Assembly (NCBI RefSeq): GCF_006345805.1
Contig: NC_043009.1
Location: 51,088,001-51,152,000, forward strand
Reading direction: 5' to 3'
Source: Octopus sinensis
Taxonomy: Eukaryota
Length of the DNA stretch: 64,000 nucleotides
The position numbers and the translations under genes were made by a program. The notes beneath the pieces were generated by a model. It saw only the letters and a program-made list of their open reading frames with translations, did not search any database and was not told the DNA's origin. Below are positions 54,095 through 64,000 of this stretch, piece by piece (within the stretch, counting starts at the first letter, position 1; every line of letters starts with the position of its first letter).

Positions 54095-54120
<26 letters not shown>
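53380..54120. repeat. (AAG/AAC/AAT/GAT)n trinucleotide mosaic
   Basis: Direct reading. Confidence 0.93.
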
Positions 54121-54125
<5 letters not shown>

Positions 54126-54454
54126 TTCTTTTCGCCACCGAGAGCGACTGGTGGGAGGAACGAGACAAAGACAGACATAAAGTGTAAAAGTTTCCACAAT
54201 GAAATGATTAAAAAAAAATATCGAAAAATGATCGTTGGTAGTCTATGAGCTGAAAGTCCTCCGGAACAGGCTTAGCCACACAGAGACTCCCCGAGAATGT
54301 CGTCACATTTCTCCACCACTCATCTCCTATATATATATTGCTAGAACGGAACATCCAGTGATCCCATTATCCGAGTGGTAGAGAGCTGTGAGCGACTGAT
54401 GAGACTCTGGGCGTCATATAGGCACAAGGCTATTTTGGGAGGAGGGTGTGAATA

Positions 54455-54965
54455 CCGTAAATCCTCGAGTATAGTCCGCCCTTGAGTATAATACGCAGGG
54501 GATTTTTAGGGGGCTGTACCTCTGAAAGACCTAAACCTTGTGTATAATACGTACCCCTACACTAACTTGAGTGAAGGAGGTCTATATAACCTCCTTGGTT
54601 TGTAAAAATGTATACGGTAACGTCCTTTATTATTATTGTACATATAATATAATGCAAACGCGTAGCTTTTTTGTGCATTTTGTTTGCAGAAAATAAAGAA
54701 ATAACAGTAATAACGTTTAATAAATGTTGCTTACTGCATGTTATGGATGATTCTTTTATGACTTCGTTGCTTTCTGGCTTAGCTTAAGATATTTTCGCGC
54801 CCGACATTACAAAATGCGTCTGAATAAACATTGCCGGACAGCAAATAGAGACTCGGACATTGCTTAGTAAATAATTTTCATTTTTAACCTCGTATATAGT
54901 ACGCACTAGGGATTTTGACCTTTAAATTTTGGGTAAAAATGCGGATTATACTCGATGATTTACGG
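54455..54965. mobile_element. pogo/Tigger-like MITE (511 bp)
   Basis: TA-flanked TIRs ccgtaaatcctcgagtatagtccgc / gcggattatactcgatgatttacgg; subterminal gtataatacg repeats. Confidence 0.85.
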
Positions 54966-55619
54966 TATGTTACATTGACCTCAGTGCTCAAGTGGTACTT
55001 ATTTTAACGATATCGAGAGGATGATAGGCAAAGTCGATTGGACGGAATTTTAACACAGGACATAAAGACGGATTAAATACTAAATGCATTTTATCCGGCT
55101 CAAACAAAAGCGAAAACATTCAAATCAAGATTACTGCTAGTAATCTGTATATAGATGTGGTGGCATCAGCGAGACCAAACTTTCCGAGGCACAAGTCTTC
55201 ACGTCCATTTTCATTGGCTATTAAGTAAACGCATCTGCAATCCGACTGGAGACAAGCAGTGGATGTACGAAAGTGCTGCTGTGATATAGTGATTGTGAGA
55301 TTTCCTGCCCTTTGATGAGGTGTCGTTCGGCTACTTCTTGGACCTAGGTCAAAGGATTTTGCAATACTAGCAAATGAATGCCTGTAACGGTGGGTTCTGC
55401 TATTGCAACGGCTGCTGCTATTACTTACGTTTTTTCTTTTGTTGTTGTTGCTGCCGATATTGCATGTTATTGATGTTGCTGTAACAATTCAAATGCTGTT
55501 TTTACAACCTGTTGCTTCAAGCGTGGAGATGGTTGCAATCAAATTCCCCCTTTCCGCTGAAGATATAATGGGCGACGGTTTTCCTGCTTCTTTCTGCAAA
55601 TTTTTCTTGCTCTCTACAT

Positions 55620-55925
55620 ACTTCTTCTCTTCTTCTTCTTCTTACAGCATTCACCCGGGGCTGTGTTGAGCTGGCTTCATTCATCCTCAATGTTGCATCT
55701 CTCACGAAACGCCTACCAGGCCTGGCGATTTGAGGCTAACGACCGCGTGATCTCCAAACACTCCTTATCCCAGCGGCGAACACCGTAGATATGGGGGCCT
55801 AGGTTGGGTTCCAGATCAGCCTTGACTGTCATCAGCCAGGTTTTTCGTTGTCCACCACATCGCTTTCGCCAACCCTGAAGGGCTGCTGGGGCAATTGCTT
55901 CGTAGATGAATTGTCCTCCACATAC
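55620..55925 (-). mobile_element. RTE-clade LINE 3' end with (AAG)n tail
   Basis: GWRKRCGGQRKTWLMTVKADLEP..GP..YGVRRW..LASNRQAW, followed by an (AAG)n tail on the minus strand. Confidence 0.8.
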
Positions 55926-56558
55926 CTTTGTTGTTGTTGTTGTTGTTGATCGTGATTGCTTCTTCTTTATTTCAAGAGTTTGCCATAAAGGCACTACACA
56001 GAGTGAGAAGCTTGCGGGTTGGACAACGACATTACTGAGATGAGTAATGAAAAGGATGGTATTAATGGGAGAAGACAAGAAATGCCCGCCAATCTTTACT
56101 TCTCTAAAACATAATTATTATTATTTTTTTTTTTTTGAAAAACAAAAAACACAAATGGGGTGATGAACCTCTTACAGTAACATTAGATTTCATAATAATA
56201 ACGGAAACATTGCTTCTTCTTACAACAGCTATAGTGTTGCACGGTGGGAGCTATTGATTGCGAACGACAGCTTTACCTTCAAACTTAGCTTCCACTGGCT
56301 TACAGTTTACTAGCCGATAGGCAAGAAGGAATGGTTGGAAGCCATTTAGAAATTCTTGCATTTCTTTGAAGAATATGAATTTTCAATGTTTTGCCCCATG
56401 AGGCAATAAAAAGCAGCTGAGCAGTCCCTTGCAGTCTCGATCAGCATGACATGATACAATAAGATCAACGATAGCAACTCTCTAAAAGGAGAAGACAAAT
56501 TCACAGAACTTCCAAAACATGTTCAGCTTCGGCAATCATTTGCAACGACAGCAACAGT

Positions 56559-56972
56559 TATTTCTTTACTGCCCACAAGAGGCTACACATAGAGGGGACA
56601 AACAAGGACAGACAAACGGATTAAGTCGATTATATCGACCCCAGTGCGTAACTGGTAGTTATTTAATCGACCCCGAAAGGATGAAAGGCAAAGTCGACCT
56701 CGGCGGAATTTGAACTCAAAATGTAACGGCAGACGAAATACCTATTTCTTTACCACCCACAAGGGGCTAAACACAGAGGGGACAAACAAGGACAAGCAAA
56801 CGGATTAAGTCGATTATATCGACCCCAGTGCGTAACTGGTACTTAATTTATCGACCCCGAAAGGATGAGAGGCAAAGTCGACCTCGGCGGAATTTGAACT
56901 CATAACGTAAAGACAAACGAAATACTGCTAATCATTTCACCCGGCGTGCTAACGTTTCTGCCAGCTCGCCGC
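56559..56972 (-). mobile_element. SINE family B dimer
   Basis: cccac at 56572 and 56756 (period 184); junction gaaatacc|tatttcttta at 56742/56743. Confidence 0.92.
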
Positions 56973-56984
56973 AATTGTTTCTGA

Positions 56985-57415
56985 TTTAGGCACAAGATCA
57001 GCAGGGTTTAGGAGAGAAGTTTAGTCAATAGAATCGACCTCAGTACTTGACTGGTACTCTATTTGATCAATCTCAGAAAGTGGACCTTGGCGGGTTTGAA
57101 CAAAGAATTCGATGATTTGGATGAAATATCACGAAGCATTTACCTCAGCACTCTGTCGATTCTGCCAATCCATTTATACCTTTCATTTCTTATACATCAT
57201 TTTAAAACTATTTTTTGGCACCAGAACAGCAGTTTTAGGGATGGGTTGGGATCAGTCGATTACATCACCCTCAGCACTCAACTGGTACTTATTAAAACCC
57301 GAAATGATGAAAAGCAAATTCTCATGGCGGGATTTGTAGTGTGGACGTAAGTACGGACTAAATGCCGCTAAACATCTTTGTCCGGCATGTTAACGGTTCT
57401 GCCAGCTGGCCGCCT
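56985..57415 (-). mobile_element. Degenerate SINE family B copies
   Basis: Fragments of gtcgattacatcacc, ctcaactggtactt and ctgccagctggccgcctt. Confidence 0.65.
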
Positions 57416-57474
57416 TAATGGTTCTAGTAAAGGCATATGGATTGAAATTTTGATGGGAGGAGAAAAGGCGATTG

Positions 57475-58010
57475 CTCTGCTAAGGATTGTTTTAGTTTTC
57501 TGTCCCAGCAAGTCATGAAAAAGCCGGTCACATCTCCAGCCACGCTGACAACAATGGCTGAACCTTGAACCTGCATGTAGAGTTGCTTGTTAAACTTTAC
57601 TAATTTGGTTCTTCAGGGTCGTTCTTATGCTAGCCCCTATTGCATGTGCAGTCATTCTTTTCACACCGACTGTTGTACTCAGAGTCCTGGGCAGATGTTA
57701 TTCAGCCACTCCAGCGCTCTGCGGTGCTTTTCTTCGCCGCCGATGTAATGGTGAGTTGTCTTCCTCTCTGTGACCTGGTGGGGCAGAATCTACAAAGGTC
57801 ATGGTTGTCTAGATAGTTACTAACACAGCTCAGTTTAAGGAGGAGGCCCCGTTCCCTCCTATTTTCTTCACGGAACTCTACTTCACTCTCACAGATAATC
57901 GCAACGCATTTTTCTACAGCAAAATCTATGTCTATAGATGGGTAGAGTGAAATTACGTCTGTATTACCCACCACACAACTCGTGAGGTCGTTGGAGTGGT
58001 TGCAACTACT
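57475..58010 (-). pseudogene. Penelope-like element reverse-transcriptase remnant
   Basis: VVGNTDVISLYPSIDIDFAVEKC..FCPTRSQRGRQLTIT, then (frameshifted) AIGASIRTTLKNQI/FNKQLYMQVQGSAIVVSVAGDVTGFFMTCWDRKLK; resembles PLE RT motifs DVxSLYPSI and YxQxxGxAxG..FMxxWD. Confidence 0.75.
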
Positions 58011-58310
58011 GATTCTAGTGAGGACAACAACAACAACAACCAACGACAAAAACATGGCACTAAAGGAGAATGACTCTTCCCAGACACAATAAAATATGCT
58101 TCAACACACGAATTCACATAAAGAATCTTGCAAACCAAATACAAAAAAAAAGTAATGTCCTTTTTACGTAATATATAAAATAAAATAATGATGATGAAAA
58201 TATCGACGACGTTTATAATGGTGATGGTAATGGCTGAGGATAATAATGATGGTGGTGGTGGTGATGGTGGTGGGGATGTGGTGGTGGTTGTGGTGGTGGT
58301 GGTGATGATA

Positions 58311-58373
<63 letters not shown>

Positions 58374-58917
58374 TTAGTGATGATGATGATGATGATGATC
58401 ATCATCATCATCATTTCCAATAACCGAAAGTGTCTTTATCTGCCAGTAGAGCAGCAACAACAACAATAACTACAACGACAACAACAATAGCAACAACAAC
58501 ACAAATGGCAGAAACATTAAATTAAAATAGATGAAGGGAGACCCGACTATTTGTGGGTGTACATAAATTGTGAATGTGTACAGCAGACCAGTAATAATAA
58601 GCCGGGTGGAGGATGGTTATTGTGTGTCAACCGGGTGGAAAGGACGAGACAATACTGGTGTAGAGTCGAATAATGGTGACATTGTTGTTTATTAATGGTA
58701 GTGGCATTCGTGTTGGGGGCGGTGATGGGGAATTGTGGTGGTGGTGGTGGTAGTGGTTGTGGGGGGGTGATGGCTGTGGTCATGGTGCCAGTAATGGTGT
58801 TGAGGGGGGGGAAGAGAGAGAGAAAGAGAGTTAGTGAGAAGCAGTGAAGTGAAACGAACTGTTTAACATCAACAATTACAAATTATCTGAGTGACAGCAG
58901 ACATTACTCTACACTAT

Positions 58918-58930
58918 CGCCACCTACTGG
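58918..58930 (-). promoter_or_regulatory. CTCF-like motif CCAGTAGGTGGCG
   Basis: Full match to CCASYAGRKGGCR on the minus strand. Confidence 0.45.
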
Positions 58931-59149
58931 CAATGCCAAATACATCATCATCATCATCATCATCATTTTTATCATCCTCAACAACGTCTTTTCTGGGATT
59001 TTTTTTTATCATCATCACCATCATCGTCTTCACCAGTGCGTTCGTCGCTCTCGTTGTTTCCATCACCTCCAGCAGCTGCAGCAGCAGCAACACCACCACT
59101 ACCACCGCCACCCCATCGCCGAAACCACCACCACCACCACCACCACCAC

Positions 59150-59540
59150 CACCATCACCAACCACTACCACAGCCACCGTCTCCGCCGCCTACGCCAGCA
59201 ACAACAACGCCACCGCTGCCTCCGATAGATACCACCGCCACCACCGTCACCCCCATAACCACCACCCCACCACCACCACACCACCATCATCACCAACCAC
59301 TACCACAGCCACCGTCTCCGCCGCCAACGCCAGCAACAACAACGCCACCGCTGCCTCCGATAGATACCACCGCCACCACCGTCACCCCCATAACCACCAC
59401 CACCACCACCACCACCACCATCACCAACCACTACCACAGCCACCGTCTCCGCCGCCTACGCCAGCAACAACAACGCCACCGCTGCCTCCGATAGATACCA
59501 CCGCCACCACCGTCACCCCCATAACCACCACCACCACCAC
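59150..59540 (+). repeat. Three tandem ~133-bp units within CAC-rich low complexity
   Basis: accactaccacagccaccgtctcc at 59161, 59296 and 59427. Confidence 0.9.
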
Positions 59541-61784
59541 CACCACCATTACTACAACCACTTTTCTTACAAAGTTAGCTTCGACGTCGTTCCTTGATCT
59601 GCTTAAAACAGTAGCCATGACCATTCGATCCACTGTCTTCAAGAATGAAGAGTCGGTTGATATGAATGGCAGGTCTCTAATAAGTACCAATGAATCAACC
59701 AGCACCATCACCACCACCACTACCACCACAACAACAACAACAACAATTACAACACTAAAACTATTATTACTACCACCAACACCAACTCTAACAATAACTT
59801 TACTAATTTTAATATCACCACCACCACTACCGCCACCGCTGCCACCAATACCAACATAACCACGATAACCACCATCACCACCATCACCACAGCCACTACT
59901 GCTGTCACCACATCACTAAGGTTGCACCATCAATTTATGTCCCGCGGACGACTTTGTCTTTCATCATCCACTGGCGTACTGAGGTGGATCTAATCGACTG
60001 GCTCCCCGCCAAAAAAAAATTTCGGGCCTTGTGCCTAGAGTAGAAAAGAATTTATGTCCACCACCATTATCAACTTCCCCCACAGTAAAGAGCGTAATTA
60101 CAATTTCACAGGCTCCACCATCATCGCCATCACCCCCCATCGCTCCTCACCACCACCACCACCACCACTACCAGGCCCACCACCACTATCATCATCATCA
60201 TAATTTCCAGAACCACTAGAGCCATTCACCTCTACCACCACCACCGCCGCCACGACCACCGCCACCACCACCACCATTGCTCCCCACCACCACCACTACC
60301 CGCCTCCCAACAACAATAACACTATTAAAACCACATGTTCTCCAGACTTACACACTCCCTTTCTCTTTTCCATATAGGTGCTACCCGCGAGTCTGTTGGG
60401 GGTGTGGCCAGGTAATTACGATGTTAGTATTATCGGGTATGCGCGCTTGTCGGTTTGGATTATAATCAAAGTTAAGGATAGACAGACGGGGTGGCTGGTC
60501 TGTGTAGTGAGGTGATCGAGTAAACGGGTGGGCGGCTAAATAGATAGAAACTTGTAATAATAATGATAAACGGGTAGATGGATAGCCGGGTAGCAGTATG
60601 GGTAGATGGAGCTCAGGCAGAGAGAATTAGAGGAAGTGTTTATTGTCGCTGATCGACAATAATTTAATAGGCGGGTAGATATTGGGTATCAGAGAGGTGG
60701 TATCTTGTATATATACGACTGGCAGAGGGGTATGTTAGCTTGGGTAGAAGGTACGGAGATATCCGGTTTGTTTGGGAAATTATTGTAACAGTATACCGCC
60801 CGCAGGATTTTGATCAGACTTAAATAAAAGCCGAACCCGAGATCTTAACATTTGCACTGGATGGACATAAAGTTTAATTCGGGTGGAGGCTTGTGTATGA
60901 GATATTAAATGTACGTAGATCGGGTGGGCGACTGGTTATTTATTTGTGTTGTTTCTTTCTAGGCGGGAAATAAGTGTTGGATTGTGCGTGTATGTATGTG
61001 TCTTTGTATGTATGTAAGTATGTATGTATGTATTTATGTGCGTAAGTATGTAGGCATATATGTATGTGTGTGTGCATGTATATGTGTGTGTATGTATGTG
61101 TATATGTGCGTATATGTAAGTATGTAGGCATGTATGTGTGTATATATATATGTTTGTACGTATGTATGCATGCATGTGCGTATGTATGTACGTATGTGTG
61201 TGTTTGTATGCATGCATGTATGTATGTTTGTATGTATGTATATATCGGTATGTAAGTATGCGAATGTGTGTACGTATGTCTGTATGTATGTATCTATGTC
61301 GATATATACGTATGTGTGTTTATGCATATGTGTAGGTATGTATGTGTGTAAATATTTATGCATGTGTGTGTGTGTGCGTGTCTTTGTGAGTGAATGTGTA
61401 TGTGTGTTGACGAGAGAGAGAGAGAGAGAAAGGGAATGCATATGTGTGCTTACGTGTGCGAGTGAATGTGTGTATATTGGTGCGTAAATGGTGTATTGGT
61501 ATGGCTGTATGTCAGCATGTATATGATGGAATGTATAATTATATACATGCATGTAAGAATGTTGTCAGTACGTATGTATGAGTATACATACATACATTCA
61601 TACATACATACCCACATAATTCACACATACATACATACATACATACTCACATACAAACATACATACATGCATTCACAGCCGAAGGCGTGGCTGTGTGGTA
61701 AGAAGTTTGCTTTCCAAATACATTAGTAACAGGTTCAAATCACGGTATTATTTAAAGCTTTTTTTTTCTTCAAGGTGCATTCTT

Positions 61785-62800
61785 TCTTTCATTTGTTTCA
61801 GTCATTTTACTGTGGCCCTGCTGGAGCACAACCTTTAGTCAAACAAATCAACCCCAGTACTTATTCTATCGGTCACTTTTGCCGAACCACTAATTTATGA
61901 AACGTAAACACACGAACATCGGTTGTCAAGCGAGGTTGGGGGGAAAAACACAGACATAGACACACACACACACACACTTAGACACATACATACACACGCA
62001 CACACGCATATATATGTGTACATATATATATATATATGTACATATATATATATGTGTGTGTGTATCAATAATATATACGGATATATATATATATTTATTT
62101 ATATATGTATATGTATGTATATATACAATTATATGTATATAGGCGCAGGAGTGGCTGTGTGGCAAGTAGCTTGCTTACGAACCACATGGTTCCAGGTTCA
62201 GTCCCACTGCGTGGCATCTTGGGCAAGTGTCTTCTATTATAGCCTCGGGCCGACCAAAGCCTTGTGAGCGGATTTGGTAGACGGAAACTGAAAGAAGTCT
62301 GTCGTATATATGTATATATATATGTGTGTGTGTGTGTGCGTTTGTTTGTGTGTCTTGACAACCGATGGTGTGTTTATGTCCCCGTCACTTAGCGGTTCGG
62401 CAAAAGAGACCGATAGAATAAGTAGTGGGCTTACAAAGAATAAGTCCCGGGGTCGAGTTGCTCGATTTAAGGCGTTGCGCAGCATGGCCGCAGTCAAATG
62501 ACTGAAACAAGTAAAAGAGTAAAGGAGAGTATATATGTATGTATATATGTGTATCAATATTTATAAGTATGTATATGTATGCGTGTATGTATGTATCTTT
62601 TACTTGTTTCAAACAATGTACTGCGACCATGCTAGAGCAACGCCTCGAAAGGCTTCTTTCTTTTAATCGAATGAACCACCCTAGTACTAATTATTTTAAC
62701 GCTTGGTACTTATACTATGGTCTCCTTTTCTTTTTTGATGAACTGCTAAGTTACGGTGTCACAAACAAACCAACACAGGTTGTCAAACTCTGGTGGTAGA
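61785..62800. mobile_element. SINE family A cluster: minus 3' part (61785-61960), plus full copy (62139-62525), minus degenerate part (62597-62800)
   Basis: Colinearity with the other family A copies. Confidence 0.85.
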
Positions 62801-62936
62801 CAAACACAAAGACAACAACAAAAATACACGCATTATTATGGACACATACATGTATCAGTGTATGTGTGTACGCGCACGCGTATGTTGCTATGTGTGTGTG
62901 TGTGTTTTGTATTCGAACATATACACTCGACTTATA

Positions 62937-63115
62937 TGGGATGTTCAAAATGTCTCTCTGCAGTGAATTTTTTTCTCCAAGATGTGTTTCAGAACAATGT
63001 GTAGAAGAGTCAACTTATGTATTATGAATTGAAAATGAAGGACGACGATTTCAACCCATCTTATAAATATTTATTTGGCAATCAAATACTACGGAGAGAC
63101 ATTTTGAACATCCTG
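62937..63115. mobile_element. Tc1/mariner-type MITE (179 bp)
   Basis: TA-flanked TIRs tgggatgttcaaaatgtctctc / gagagacattttgaacatcctg. Confidence 0.8.
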
Positions 63116-63152
63116 TATAATATGTACATACACACACACACAACACACACAC

Positions 63153-63218
<66 letters not shown>

Positions 63219-63270
63219 CAATGTGTTTGTATATATGTGTATTATATTAGTAAACACACACACATTCACT

Positions 63271-63302
<32 letters not shown>

Positions 63303-63756
63303 GTAGATGTGGATATTTTTGCGTATATGACTAGGTGGGATAACAGTCAGTAAGGAACAATTGTTCTTTGTTACATATTTCACCGTAATTTTGCCATGAA
63401 AAATGCCCTGGTACTTCTCTTAAGGCAATTTAGTGTCAATTTGCAAGTTTACTTTCCCATCCGCCAATCACAGCCCTACCTACATGCTTGTCAACCGACC
63501 CACCGACCTTGGTGCATATTTGTTATAGTACTTACTTATCTTTTTTCTTTTTATTCTTTTTATTTTTTATTTTATTTATTTATTTAAAAAAATTTTTTTT
63601 TGTTCTTTTCTTCCCTTTTACGATCCCTCTTGATCGAAAACCTACGCCACCCCTTTTTTTCTTTTGTTTTTTGTTTTTTTCATCCCCCAAAAGAAAAGCT
63701 CTACCTTGTAACTTGTCCCATCTGTGTGCGCCCTGTGTGGCCAATAAAGAAGAAAC

Positions 63757-63866
<110 letters not shown>

Positions 63867-64000
63867 GAGTTTGTATATCTGTATGTCTTTCTCACGGTAT
63901 GACTATACACATTGCATTTCTTTCACATCTCTTTTACGTGTGATTTTTCCGATGACGAAAGCATAATTCAGTAAGGCAACAGCAATGCTCGAAAATTTAA

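Noticed and set aside
54396-54420. CTGATGA-gac..gtc hammerhead near-miss
   Set aside because: Helix II forms but is followed by ATAT instead of GAAA; no helix I or III.
56270-56480. Minus-strand segment between a good acceptor (ctccttttag) and donor (gaag|gtaaag)
   Set aside because: All three frames contain stops; at most a non-coding exon, unsupported without RNA data.
57702-58055. Secreted cysteine-rich neuropeptide or toxin
   Set aside because: The hydrophobic N-terminus comes from a (GTT)n microsatellite; the core is better explained as PLE reverse transcriptase.
58891-59859. 322-aa Thr/Pro/His-rich mucin-like ORF
   Set aside because: Stop-free only because of CAC/CAT/AAC repeats; non-canonical start and no splice signals.

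Overview
AT-rich, microsatellite-saturated animal genomic DNA. From the SINE, microsatellite and transposon repertoire it is most likely an octopus or other coleoid cephalopod (inference). It is intergenic or deep intronic: I find no credible host protein-coding exon. Every long ORF in the track is a microsatellite or low-complexity artefact or a transposon remnant. Content: about 30 copies or fragments of at least four tRNA-derived SINE families; Tc1 and mariner relics; hAT, pogo and Tc1-type MITEs; a non-autonomous Helitron; RTE LINE ends; a Penelope-like (PLE) reverse-transcriptase relic; and a 100-N gap. Best leads: (1) small insertions carrying minimal hammerhead-ribozyme folds, including a 208-bp element with a 15-bp TSD and an inverted arm inserted into a SINE; (2) a 6.2-kb inversion (23186-29367), reconstructed because it splits a mariner transposase in frame and a (GAGT)n tract at a 4-bp inverted microhomology; (3) a GC-rich 32-bp minisatellite born from one internal SINE segment; (4) SINE concatemers sharing one junction at three loci; (5) CTCF-like motifs in convergent orientation and inverted young SINE pairs (candidate ADAR substrates). 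No searches or folding programs were run; family letters A-D are my own labels.
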